A stretch of 63,101 nt of DNA, filler included, from Octopus bimaculoides (taxonomy: Eukaryota): assembly GCF_001194135.2 (NCBI RefSeq). It is 5 parts of 5 records of this genome, joined end to end, with 100 filler letters (N's around TTAATTAATTAA, not from the genome) between each part and the next. Parts side by side here need not be neighbours in the genome. Positions count along the whole stretch, not along the records: positions 50,116 to 57,735 come from NC_068997.1; positions 57,836 to 63,101 come from NC_068983.1; 3 more parts are not named here. The stretch is one strand, 5' to 3'. The translations under genes and the position numbers were made by a program. The notes below the pieces were generated by a model that saw nothing but the letters and a program-made list of their open reading frames with translations, was not told where the DNA came from and did no database searches. Below are positions 50,168 through 63,101 of this stretch, one piece after another; within the stretch, counting starts at the first letter, position 1; each line of letters starts with the position of its first letter.

Positions 50168-51917
50168 GTTTATGTATGTGTGTATATAGATATATATATC
50201 CTGTTTTTACTCACGCGCAACAGCATATCAAAGCCTAATAATAGACATACACACACACACACACACACATACATGCACGACGCAAAACACTATATGCACA
50301 AACATATAAATACATACAGCTATACATACGCGTGTTGATATAACACGTAGTGTATAGACATGACTATGACACACGCATTTGTACACATACAGGTACACAT
50401 TTAACTGTGTGTGTGTGTGTGTGTAGTACATGCTTATTGTAAGTTTACATAGATCAAAGACCTTACATACACAGTTATGCATATGTATGCATGCACACAC
50501 ACAAACATAAATATACGCCCACTTACATATAAAGACTAGTATGTATACTAATATACGTATACATATATTGGCATTTACATACGCATACACAGCCGTATAC
50601 ACCCCACACGCACACATGTGCATGTGTCACACATGCACACGTAACGTACACGTAATACATACACACACTCACAACACCGAAGATGTCGGCTGTTATCGAA
50701 TACCATTAGAAGAATTGAGATCTTCATACGTGACTCAGCTCCTTCGTATTTTTTTCATTCTCCTGCATCAACCCACCCGTTTGAAGAAAATATCTTTGTT
50801 AATAACTTCTTCCGTCCTTGTTCTCTCTCTTTCATCCAATTCTTTCGTCAATTTCTTCCTTACTTCCTTCATTTCTTTCTTCTTTCATTCATCTATCTAT
50901 CCCTCTCATTTTTCACTTTTCTCTCATATACTTGGCTGTTTCACTCTTTCACTTCTATATTTTTTTTTTATTTCTTTCTTCCTATTTTTTACCTTTCATA
51001 TATTTCTTCTTCAATTTCTTTCCTCTCCAACCTTTCCTTCTCTCCCTATTCCATCCTATTATATTTCCAATATTTGTTTTTCTCTCGTAACATATTTCTG
51101 ATCCCTCTGTTTTTTTTTTTTTATAATTTTTCATTCGACTTTTTCATCAAATTCTTCCATTTTTCCCCCCAATCTCTCCTTGAAATTCATTTCATTCTTC
51201 AATTGTTTCTTTTCATCTTTCATTCTTATACCCTCTCTCTTCCTCCTCTTTCTCTCATTCATTCTCTTTTTCTCTTTCACTCGCACACACTTTTCTTTCA
51301 CCAATTTCCTTCATCTATTTCTTACTGTTATCTCTTCCCTTTCATTATTCTCCCAATTTCTTTCCTTCCCTCGCTCTCACTTTTTCAGCCATTTATTTTA
51401 CATACTTTCTTCCAATTGGGTTTCCAGGTTTCTTTGACTTTGTTTGCTTTCGTCAGTCTCGAAGACTCTCCAAAATGATTCAGGGCTGCTGCACTTCATC
51501 CTCTAAATAAGTTTTCAAAATTCATAAATTCTTTTTTCAAATTTTACGCACTGCGTGGCACCTAGGCCGCATGTCTTCTACTATAGCTTCGCACCGACCA
51601 AAACCTTGTGAGTGGATTTGGTAGTAGACGGAAACTGAAAGAAACCCGTCGTATATATATACATACATATATGTGTGTATGTGTTTGTCCCCCTACTATC
51701 GCTTGAGAACCAATTTTGGTGTGTTTACGTCGCCGTAACTTAGCTGTTCGGCAAAACAAAACGATAGAATAAGTAGTACTAGGCTTACAAAGAATAAGTC
51801 CTGGGGTCGGTTTCTTCGACTCAAAAACCCTTTAAGGCGGTGCTCCAGCATGGCCGCAGTCAAATGACTGAAACAAGTAAAAGAATAAAGAATTTGCTGC
51901 CTATGTATGTATGTATG

Positions 51918-51956
<39 letters not shown>

Positions 51957-52022
51957 GCATCTATCTACCTATCTATCAAACACCCTACCCATCTATTGAC
52001 CTATTTAACTTTACATCTACCC

Positions 52023-52053
<31 letters not shown>

Positions 52054-52813
52054 CATTTATCTATCTATCAATATCTATTTATCTATCTATCTGTCTGTCT
52101 ATCTATCTATCTACCTATCTATCCATCCACCTCTACGACTACCCATCAATCTACTTACATATTTATCTTTTTCATTCATTTCTTTTTCCAATTTCCGCCA
52201 TTTTGTTCCTTCCTCAATTTCTTCCTGTTGTTCTTCCTATTCCGTTTCCTCTCCGAGTTTTCTCTTTTAACAATGTCTTTTCTATCCTTAACATCCTTCC
52301 TTTACTTCATTCGTCCATTTTTTATTTTCGTTCTTCATTCATTCATTCATTTATTTCATCGCTTTCTCTAACACCTCCTTTTTTCTTCGTTTTCCTTCCA
52401 TATTTTTTCTTCTCTGATTTTCTTCTTCACTGCCTTCCTTAAATCTTTATGCTTTATCGCATTCCTTCTATGTTTCCTTCCTTCATTAATCGCTTTTATT
52501 CATTTCGTTTCCTTTAACCATACTCCTTCATTCTTTCACCAATTTATCCCCCACCCCGCCCCACACATACTGCTCTGTTCTTTTATCTTGTACTTGTTTC
52601 AGCAATTAGACTGCGGCCATGCTGGGGCATCGCCCTGAAGAAGAGTTCAGTCGAACAATTCGTTCGACAAGAATACTGACTTTTTCTTTCTTTTTTTTTT
52701 CCAAAGTCTGGTACTTATTTTATCCGCCCTTTTTGCCAAACTCAGTTACGAGGACGTAAACAAACTGACACTGGTTGTCTAGCGGTGCAGAAAAATGGCA
52801 AACACATTAAAAA

Positions 52814-52853
<40 letters not shown>

Positions 52854-53780
52854 TGGCCTTCCCCACAGTTTTCGTCTACCAAATTCATTCACAAGGCATT
52901 GGTCGGCCAGGAACTATGGTTGAACATATTTTCTAGACATTTTCTTCGGTTTAATTCGATTCCTTCTCTTTCATTCAATTGCTTCTTAATTTCATTCTCC
53001 TCATTCGCTTTTCCGTTTCCTCTCCTTTTTTCCCTTCTTCTCATTCGTTCCTTCGTTTCTTTCTTCATCACCATTCTTATTTCAGAAGTCTTTATTTTCA
53101 TTCGCTTATTTACCTTCTTCTTACACTTTTTTCTTTCCTTTTTACTCTCTCTCTCTCTCTCTCTCTCTTCTTTCTTTTGTTTGCTTTCTCTTTCTTTAAC
53201 TTATTCCATCGATTTTTACTCTTCGTCACTATTTACCAGTCTTTCTCACACTCCCCCCCCCGTTTTTTCACACAAAGTGTTTCATATCAGGCGCGTGGCT
53301 ATGTGGTAAGAAGTTTGCTTTCCAACCACATGGTTTCGGGTTCAATCCCACTGAGTGTCACCTTGAGCAATTGTCTCGTACTATTGTCTCGGGCCGACAA
53401 AAGTCATGTGAGTGGATTTNNNNNNNNNNNNNNNNNNNNNNNNNNNNNNNNNNNNNNNNNNNNNNNNNNNNNNNNNNNNNNNNNNNNNNNNNNNNNNNNN
53501 NNNNNNNNNNNNNNNNNNNNNNNNNNNNNNNNNNAAACTTTCATATATTATATATGCGAGCCTCCGTGTGTGTGTGCGTGTGTGTGTATGTGTGTGTGTG
53601 TGTGTACCCACCACCGTTTGACAACCAGTGTTGGTGTATTTACATCCCCGTAAATCAGGGTTCGGTAAAAGACGCCAATAGAATAAGAACCAGACTTTAC
53701 AAAAAAAAAAACAGTCGATTAAAATTCTTCAAGGAAGTGCTTCAACATGGCCGCAATCCAATCACTGAAACAAGTAAAAC
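49788..53780. mobile_element. Several SINE family B copies (49788-49990 +, 51549-51890 +, 52590-52915 -, 53290-53780 +) among polypyrimidine tracts
   Basis: Each is colinear with 3761-4150. Confidence 0.8.
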
Positions 53781-53823
53781 GTCATTTTTAATGGCTAATC
53801 TCTTTACTCATACCTTTTTTTTT

Positions 53824-54018
53824 GGTAAATTTTCAGATTAACACCCGCACGATCTTCACTAGGGTTTTAGGGTCAGGGTTAGGGTTACGGTTAGGGTTTG
53901 GGACGGAATTCCCTAACCCTAAAACCGTAACCGTAATCCTAACCCTAAACCCTAACCCTGGCCCTAAAACCCTAACACCCTAGTGAAAATCGTGCGGGTG
54001 TTAATTTGAAAATTTACC
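53824..54018. mobile_element. 195-bp palindromic element with inward degenerate telomere-like repeats
   Basis: ggtaaattttcagattaacacccgcacgatcttcactagg pairs with cctagtgaaaatcgtgcgggtgttaatttgaaaatttacc. The interior is TTAGGG-like, then GAATTC, then CCCTAA-like. Confidence 0.85.
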
Positions 54019-54155
54019 CCCTTTATTTTTTTACTCCCCTTTATCACTAACCCTTCACCGTTTTCATACAAAACTTTTATCATCCACTAAGCTTTGCTTA
54101 ATTTCTCATTTACACATTCATGCACACACGCCTATACTTGTATACATATATATAT

Positions 54156-54211
<56 letters not shown>

Positions 54212-54589
54212 TCTTTCATTTAAGGCAATACTCCTTGTCCTTAGCTGTGAGGACTAAAATAAACCAAAGGATCAACGAACGAATCGTTTTCTATAATTCT
54301 CTGAGTTTTGACCGATTTCTCCATTTCTTTGATTCTATCTGTTGTTCTTTCTCCCCTTTCTCTCTCTCTCTCTCATTAGCTCTCTTTTACTCTTTAATCT
54401 TTATCTCACTTCATCACTCACTCATCTCTCTTCGTACCCCATAAACACATTCACTGTATCCCCTTCTTTTTATTCTTCATTATCTCTCCCTCTCTTGTAC
54501 CACCTCATAGTCAACATATTTCTGCGATAAAATAAAATGTGACTTGTACTTAAATGAAGTGTAGATACATGCATAAAGTGGGCGAAACA

Positions 54590-54607
54590 AAGAGAGAGAG
54601 AGAGACG

Positions 54608-54646
<39 letters not shown>

Positions 54647-56420
54647 TGAAAGAAAGAAAGAGGGTAGTATTTGTGAGCTAGTACAAGGAACGAAAAAGTT
54701 AAAGGACGAAGAGTGGGGGGAAAACAGAGATACCTGGTAGTTACTGAGGAGATTCCGTGGGAGAGAGAGAGAGAGCGTGTATTAGATAGATAGATAGATA
54801 GATAGGTAGGTAGGTAGGTAGGGAGATAGATAGATAGGGAGATAGATAGATAGATAGATAGATAGATATGGAGAAAGAGAGAGGAGGAAATAGAAAGAGC
54901 AAACGTAACATAGAGATACTGAAAAAAGACTAAGCGAAAGAGGAGAGTGTGAGAGTAAGACTATATCAAACGAGAGAGTGAAAGAACAGAGGAAGGAAGT
55001 AAAAAAAGAGAAAGAGGAGGGAGTAATGTGTAATGATGACAAAGGGAGAGAATTGAAGAAAGACAGATTGGTATAATGAGAGTGAGGGAGAGTAAAGTAT
55101 CTCGTGACAGATGTAGAGAATAATAGAAACATAGAGCGAGATTGAGAGAGTGAGCGAGAGTAAAAGGTAGAAAGACAGAGAGAGAGAGAAACAGGAATGA
55201 GAGTGAGGTAAAGTAATGGAAGAGAAACAATGACTCTCTCAGGACATAGCAAAAATGAGAAATAGATAGAGAGAAAGAGAAATAGTTGAAAGACAAAGAG
55301 AGTGGGTGAAAGTAAAATACGAAGTATTGAAGAGATGCAGTTAAGAAAAGAAATATAGAGAGAGAGAGAGAGAGAGAGAGTAAAACTGAAAGGAGAGTAT
55401 ATGTAGTAATAAGAGATGAAAGAGAAGGGGAGGAAAAGAGAGCGATAGACTGATGGATAGAGATAAAGTAAGGAGAAACGGAGGGGGAGTGAAAAGTGAG
55501 AAAACACTTACGTATCAAAAGAATTGGCGAAGGAAAGAGTATATCCAAAGGGGGGAGAAAGAGATGGGAAGAGATGGAGGAGTGAGAGTGTATGAGAGAG
55601 AGAAAGAGAGGAGATTGAGAGAGAGAGAAAAGAGAAGGAGAGGAGAAAGTAAGTTAGAGCGGAAAATGATTAAACAGAAAAGTGAAGAGTAATAGAAAGA
55701 GATGGGAAGTGAGAGTATGACTGTGAGGGGGGGGGACTATAGAGAAAGATAGAAATGAGAGTGAGAAGATATAAAGAGAGAGAGGAGAGAGTGGGATAGT
55801 AATTGGAGACGAACTGAGGAAGAAACACTAAGAAAAAAGGAGGGTGAGAGAGAGAGAGAGACAGACAGAGAATGTATTTGGTGATAAGACGGGAGTGATG
55901 ATGAAAGAATAATTGGTGACAGATGAGGAAGAAAAAGTAGACAGAGTAAGAGAAAGAGTGAGAAATGGAAAGAGTGTGATGAAATGGTGACATGACTGAG
56001 GAAGAGAGAGTAAGAGAAGAGAGAAAGAGACAGTGAGAATGTAAGGTGACACATGATAGATGAAGAGAAAACGTGTGATATATGGGAAAGGAAAATATAA
56101 TAAGAAACAAGAGAGAGGGAGTATGGTGATATATGATAGAGGAAGAGAGATGGAGAGAATGTATGGTGACAATCGACAGAGGAACACAAGAGTAAGGGAG
56201 AAATATGATTGAGAAAGAGAGAGAAATAAAGAGGGAGTGATAATGTGTGGTGAAATATGACTGAGGAAGAGAGAAATAGAGAGGGTATGAGAAAGGAAAG
56301 ATGAAAGACGATTGCTGAAGATAGGGTAAGAAAGACGGATGGAGAAAGCTGGTTAGATGTAGACAGGGAGAAAGAAAACGAGAGGTTAAGAGAGTACAAA
56401 CGGTTCAATAACACACACAT
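54590..56420 (+). repeat. About 1.8-kb polypurine low-complexity tract
   Basis: Strongly A/G-biased on the + strand, with (GA)n and (GATA)n runs. Confidence 0.9.
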
Positions 56421-56480
56421 ACACACGGTCTGTGCGTGTGTGTTGAGAGAGAGAGAAGACGAGAGATAAGGAATATAGGA

Positions 56481-56617
56481 CAGTCATGGGCAACATGCGG
56501 CCCGCCGGACTTTCTGAATGGCACGACTAACGAAAGAATTACCTTTAGATTTTGTTTTGTAGTGCGGCCCACCATGTCTCATGCGGGCCGCTTCTCGAAA
56601 AGGGTTGCCCATGCCTG
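56481..56617. mobile_element. hAT (Charlie-like) MITE, 137 bp
   Basis: TIRs cagtcatgggcaac/gttgcccatgcctg, repeated internal tgcggccc motifs, and an imperfect 8-bp TSD atatagga/atatgaga. Confidence 0.8.
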
Positions 56618-56773
56618 ATATGAGAGAAGAGTGTTTAAGAACGGATGGAGAGAGAAGAAGAACAAGACAAGAGTTGTGACCGATGAAGAATAATTAAATA
56701 AAAGAAAGACAGAATAAAACAAGAGTCATTATGTTTGAAAAGAAAAGAAACGTAAGCAAGTTAAGTGTATGCT

Positions 56774-56824
56774 TCATAAAGATATAGTTGTCATAAAGAT
56801 ATAGTTGTCATAAAGATATAGTTG
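56774..56824 (+). repeat. 17-bp unit (tcataaagatatagttg) x3, perfect
   Basis: Directly visible. Confidence 0.95.
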
Positions 56825-56905
56825 TTCTTTTAATCGCAGCTGCGGTCATGCTGGAATATAGATAGATAGATGATAGATAGATAGGTAGAGAAATAGATAG
56901 TAAGG

Positions 56906-56948
<43 letters not shown>

Positions 56949-58941
56949 AACAGTTATATTTACATGTATGTATGCATGTGACGTACATATGTATGTACGT
57001 GTGTATATGACAACCGAACAAGAGTTTAGTAAAGTCATTCAGTACGAACGTGTGTATAATATGCGGGTGTATATGTGTATGCATAAACAATACAACGGAG
57101 CAAATGTGCGTGTAGCCTTTAGCATGTTTGCGTATATATATAATATGTGTATACACATTAATTTGTGCGATTTCTTTTTTACATGCCGTGTTATGAGAAC
57201 AGATACACGCGTACTAGGCGCTGTGTATATTATATATGTATATATATATATATGTATATATATGTGTATATATATGCACCGTGTGTGTATATATATCTGC
57301 TGTATGTGTGTGGGTGTGAAATAAATTAATTAATAAGAATTAGTCCAGTGGAACAGCCATCTTTCATTAGTGCTTCCAAGTAGCACAAAACCTAGAACAG
57401 TGAACTCGACAACGACACGAGGCGAAAGTGATGCTTCGACTCTGTATCTCGCGTCTTATATAGAAGCTAGCCGTCAGTCAGTGTAGTTACGCATACACAC
57501 GCGCGCGCGCGCGCGCACATATGCTTGCATACATACATCGATACATTCATACATACATGCTTATATACATACATACATAAGCACGTATATACATACATAC
57601 ATTCATACATACGTGCATACATGCATACATACATACATAGACCGACATGTGTACGTGCATATATACACAACGCATGCACAGAAATTTTACAGGGTCCTAC
57701 GTACATACACACACGCATACATATATATATATATANNNNNNNNNNNNNNNNNNNNNNNNNNNNNNNNNNNNNNNNNNNNTTAATTAATTAANNNNNNNNN
57801 NNNNNNNNNNNNNNNNNNNNNNNNNNNNNNNNNNNGAAAGAAATTAGAGAAAGATGGATGGATGAATAATGTATTTGTATGATGTAGAGATTTTTTTAAT
57901 TTAAAGAAAATAACAATACAAATAGATCATAAGCTTTAAAGCTCAAAACGAAATGGAGCTTTACGCAAAAACTTCCATATCTGTTTCGTTTCAAGTCCCT
58001 AGTTGATATGTAATGCTAAGCATTTGGTTATATGTTAAGAACGGTATCATTCTTAACTATATGGAGCAGAACTACTGACTAAAGCGGTACTCCAGCATGG
58101 CCACAGTCAAATGTCTGAAACAAGTAAAAGAGTAAAAGATAGAGTATATAATGTAGATATATCTAGGTAGTGAGTTATAGATATTAGTGAAGATGTCATA
58201 TAGTAAATAAAGTAAATAAAATAAACAAAAAATAAAAAAAAGACTTAAAAACCTTAAAAAATAAGGGTAAAGGAAAGATAAGACGGATGAAAATAGAAAG
58301 TAATATTAAATAGAAATTACATCTAAATATAATTGTATGTGAAATATATATGTATCGTAAAGAATTTAAATAAAAAGAAAAGAATAATACACGGGAAAGA
58401 TTATATAATAAAATAAATGTAGGATGATAAGTTAGATTTTAAAAAGTATTAGTCAACGGTTTTATATAAAATAAATTATTTCTATTGGTTTCGTAAAAGA
58501 TACAATTCAAGAAAACTATAGATAAGTAGCGATCACATCAATATGCGTCATATTCAAATAAAGTTTCAAAATTGAGCGTTAAGTTACGTATCGTGTAAAA
58601 CTTACTTATAAATCTCTATAAATCAATAAATAGAAAAATGCATATTTTCAAATTAATTTGTTTACACATTGACACATGTATACGTTCCTCTTTTTTCTTT
58701 TTCTTTGTGATCTAACCTTGGGACTAAAAATATTTGCGGCTGAAGATACCTTTAAACCATCCATTCTATCACTTATATACTCATATAATGATGCAACGAC
58801 AGTTTGGGTTTAAAGCTTGAAACATGTGTACCGCGGTATCCTTTGTGTTCTGTTTTCATTTTACGTCTCAATATATTCTTTCACCTCGGCCACTATCTGG
58901 CATATACAGGTGCTTACACTTATCAGGTATTACCTCTAATA

Positions 58942-58979
<38 letters not shown>

Positions 58980-60697
58980 GTAGCAATATACAACACGCGG
59001 GACAACAGATATAGTCTATGTACTGCAAGCAATCCGAAAATTGTATCTCTTTCTGCGAATGTAAGTTTAAAACTCCTCAAACATCGGAAACTTATATGCA
59101 CTCTGCAAGCCTACAATTACTATGTATCTAGCAACAAATGTAAATAACTACTGTAATTTGCCAACTGCACGAAGTAATACACTAATAGCTGTCGCACATC
59201 GGAGAATGCCATTAAATTTTGCGAATCATGGACTTACACTTCCTCGATAATCAGGTTGAATCCGTTGTCCAATCATGCAGTTAGAAAATAAAGTTAGGGG
59301 TACACGTGCCTGCAGTAGAGTTACGTCGTTTACACAGTAATAAAATAAGTAGTACATCGAGTTTTTATTTAATATGTGCTTGCCAGACCGCGTAGTTATA
59401 GATCAGTAAAAATATAAATAAAAAGAGAGAAAATGAAAGAGACAGAAAGAAAGATACTGATTGTTATGCTCGCACTAACAAACTGATTTACAAGAGTTTG
59501 GTCAGTCGAGGTGCAATGCTGCGGATCTGGAATTGAAACCATGTGATTGAGAAACGAATTTCTGAAATACTGAGATACATGGACGTAGGGTTAGCGTACT
59601 GGTTATTCTTCCATACCGGATGGTAATCCACAACATCAAGTTTTTCAAATATTTACTGATCGACTGATAATTAGACTACAGCATTACTGAGTAATTAAAT
59701 GTTTACAATACCTCTCTCTATTTAGCTGCTTCACATTTTCTGGAGGAAAAGAATTAAAGCAACAAGGAATTGCTAACCACATTGGAAATACTGATTTAAC
59801 TTTTGTAACTAACTGATATATTAACTGCTGTTACTTCTTGAAGTTTAATTTTATGAAGTTTTCTTTCTGTCTTTTTATTCATCGCTACTAGTAAACTTTG
59901 AATTCCATATCTAATTTGGCCATCTTGCCTCAACGTTTGTACATTATTGTCTTCCCACGTGATTCTTCATCGAAACAAATTTGTGATATCCTATGTACAT
60001 AAGCTGTAGGGTATATGATTGTAGTTGGAAATTACAGTGGAATTGCATACTCTAATAGATGTAATTGCAATTATCAATGAAATAATAAAAATAGGCGTAT
60101 TTTTCTTATGTTGAATCTTTTTTTCTTCTAAGGCAAATATCTCTTCAAATTGTATTATATCGCTACTTCAAATATTTTACCGTTAGATTCTAAAGCAATT
60201 TGTATGTTTTAAATATCTGTGAATCTAGTTATTCTTTTAATCATTAATCGAAGTTTAGAGATAGTAATATTACAAAGAATTGGGAAACTGATTAAATTTT
60301 CAAGAGAGAATACCGAAAACCTATTCAACTATTGTCGCCTGTAGGTTAGAAATTCCCACATAAAATATATATGATGACAAGAAAGAATGAATTTTAAACT
60401 AACCTATGCCGCTGATGGCATAGGTTAATTTTAAACTACAATCGAATATACAACGCATTTTATTCACTCTAATGCCGCGAGTTAATACAAGAGAAACTGT
60501 AACATTTAAAACTCCAGTACTACTGAACATGAAATAATTCATCGTTACCTTCTGTTTGTGAATGATTAAACAAATTTGCCCGGGGTATTTTATATGGTAC
60601 TGTTAACTAAGATTCTCCTAGAGGCACAGAAACTCTATATAATAGCTATTTGAAGTTAGCGATCAGAAATCATTAATGTCAACGAATTGACACACAA

Positions 60698-60744
<47 letters not shown>

Positions 60745-61879
60745 AGGAACTGTTAAGAATGTGGGTTGTATGTGTTCGGATAAATCAACTGAAGATGATG
60801 TTTATTTCTTTCCATTGTTTACGTAAAACACGATGTAGTGACAAATAAACTTAACTCGAAATAACTGAAGTTGACGTATACATGTATTCTTTGTCTGTGA
60901 ACCGCATGGATTATTAAGATTAATAAGCTATACACTCATTACCTTGTATATTTTTTACTGTTCCACTCACAGGTTGGACTTGTAATGTACGAATCAGCCG
61001 ATTGAAAAATGTAATGTACGAATAAAAGTCGAAAAATGAAAGAAAAGTAAATAATTCACAAACATCTTGTTTAGTAAAACCTGAAATCTATTCTAAATAT
61101 ATTTAACTTCATTAAATACTACAAAGCTGCACCATATGGACAATCATATTGTTAGAATCTCATACCAAGACCTGATGTTACAAAGTGATACATAGTTCTC
61201 TTAAATGTTATATGCAAATGCCTGAATAGTTAAAGGCTAATACCCTGATTAAGGAAAGACATATTTCAAACTGGATGGCATAAGTACCTACTTACATTAA
61301 CATATTTGTTGATGGTAAGATGTACAAAATCAAGCGAAAATGTAAGAACTTTAGATGAAGTAGTTTCTCAGAAGCACAGCAGAAAACAATTAGCAAATGC
61401 TAACTCATATCGAATGACGAAATTATCGTATGCATAAAATCTCACCATACCTAAAACTACACATCGCCAACGAAGTCTTTAGCATTTTACGAAGCGGTAA
61501 TTCTGTCGCACCTATACAGAAAATAAATTTATGAAAATTTCTGGTTCTTACATCTACATACAGGATATGTTACCGAATTAATTATTCTCAAATTAATTTC
61601 TATTGAATTATTTCAAAGAATTGTTGAATTAAGATACGCAAAAGTAATAATAATATTAAATAAAAAACACAACAAAAAATTAATGACTAGATTCAAAATT
61701 AGACATAATACAAATTCAGAAATATAATACATAATATTTCCTGTCAAAATTTCGACTATCAAGATTTAAAGTATCAACAATGTAAGAGACAATAAAAGAA
61801 TATAAAACAATTAAGACTAAAATTATGTTTCTATAAAAGACACACTTTTGTTAGCAAGTTAAATAGGGTAATCGAAAGC

Positions 61880-61954
<75 letters not shown>

Positions 61955-61955
61955 C

Positions 61956-62031
<76 letters not shown>

Positions 62032-62094
62032 CTCTATCTATCTATCGGACTGTCTGTCTTTCTATTTATATGCCTAACTATTTATCATTGCTTA

Positions 62095-62169
<75 letters not shown>

Positions 62170-62170
62170 T
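61880..62170. repeat. (CTAT)n/(CTGT)n and (TA)n microsatellites
   Basis: Directly visible. Similar (TA)n, (CA)n, (TACA)n and (GATA)n arrays occur throughout the window. Confidence 0.95.
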
Positions 62171-63101
62171 CAGAAATATATTAGCAGACTCTACTTATTA
62201 TAGAATTTATATCCTACAGAGTGGCTTCCAGCTAATTATACAATATACATATTAATACAAAACTCATTTATGATGTTTGATTAAATATACATAGAGAATA
62301 GATTGAATTATGAACAATATCAAATAATTTTTTTTATATTCCGACTTTATTTTACTTATTTATGAACATTGTGTTAATATTTAATGTTTGTTCAAACAAA
62401 ACAGAATTACACAGCATATGAGACTTGACTATACAAGTGTAAAGGGATATATATTTTCGTAGGACTTTGAACTTTTTTATTTTTCAGCGATTTTCCCATC
62501 GTACTTCCTAAAATTGACATCTTGAAAGGTCATAAGCCACTGTGAGAAAATGTGTTCATTCACAAATATGTTGATAGGTATATAATGCGAAGTAAATATA
62601 TAGAAAGGACAAAAACCGTAAAATGCTTTGTAATGAAATTTCAATCAAATAGTAAAGAAACCTCTATCTATCTATCTATCTATCCCCCCGTTTTAAAAAA
62701 GATCCGGGGGTTATTTGGGAGGAGATTTGGTTGCCTTCTCCAGCAGTTCGATCGTTACATGAACTGAACTACAGTTCTTTTTTGCTGTTTAACGTTCAGT
62801 TTGTCTTTTCCTAATTTAGTGTTCAGTTCCTGTTTCTTTTCTTTTTGTTTTTGGTAATTTTTCGCATTACATGTCTCTTCCAACATTTCACATGACTTTA
62901 TTTTTATCGTTGAATATTTTGTCGTCGTAATGTTGTTATCACGCACTAAATGCCAGCTTCCAAATCCTGTTTTCTGATTGGGCAAAAATAATCAAACATT
63001 TTTCTAGCGGTATTTCGTCTGTTTTAACGTTCTGAGTTCAAATTCCGCCGAGGTCGACTTTGCCTTTCATCCTTTCGGAGCCGATAAATCAAGTACCAGC
63101 T

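Noticed and set aside
53860-53980. Ancestral telomere-telomere fusion site
   Set aside because: The array is very short and degenerate and is enclosed by matching non-telomeric inverted arms, which fits a MITE better.
56774-56824. CRISPR-like or regulatory array
   Set aside because: Perfect tandem 17-mers with no spacers in a eukaryotic context indicate a simple slippage duplication.
59765-59990. Short minus-strand open frame (ITWEDNNVQTLRQDGQIRYGIQSLL...)
   Set aside because: No recognisable homology, weak splice signals and an in-frame stop immediately upstream.
62686-62712. Helitron 3' hairpin (cccccg..cggggg)
   Set aside because: There is no CTRR terminus at the expected distance on either strand and no matching 5' TC end was identified.
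883-63101. Dozens of ORFs rich in YI/HT/CV/LS/ER repeats or X runs
   Set aside because: They are translations of (TA)n, (CA)n, (CTAT)n, CT- or GA-rich tracts and N gaps, with no splice or homology support.

Overview
Repeat-dense, AT-rich animal genomic DNA. The SINE families, microsatellite load and transposon mix look like an octopus (coleoid cephalopod) genome; this is recognised from memory and not verified. The window joins at least five original scaffolds with artificial 100-bp linkers (N44-TTAATTAATTAA-N44). Only one host protein-coding exon is convincing: the P-loop exon of mitochondrial Era GTPase ERAL1 (25983-26110, +), plus a phase-compatible candidate upstream exon (16499-16596). 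The rest is decayed mobile DNA: two mariner elements and one rosa/DD41D-like element, two Penelope-like (PLE) fragments, RTE and R4/Dong-like LINE fragments, at least four SINE families, several MITEs and a solo-LTR-like element. The most interesting signal is a set of minimal hammerhead-ribozyme-like motifs from several unrelated sequence families (about 1.3, 13.8, 22.2/22.3 and 34.1 kb). Two sit in short palindromic elements, and in one (1.3 kb) the inversion breakpoint falls inside the ribozyme core. CpG decay also drops sharply at the 35.2-kb scaffold join. Almost all ORFs in the supplied track are microsatellite, low-complexity or N-gap artefacts.
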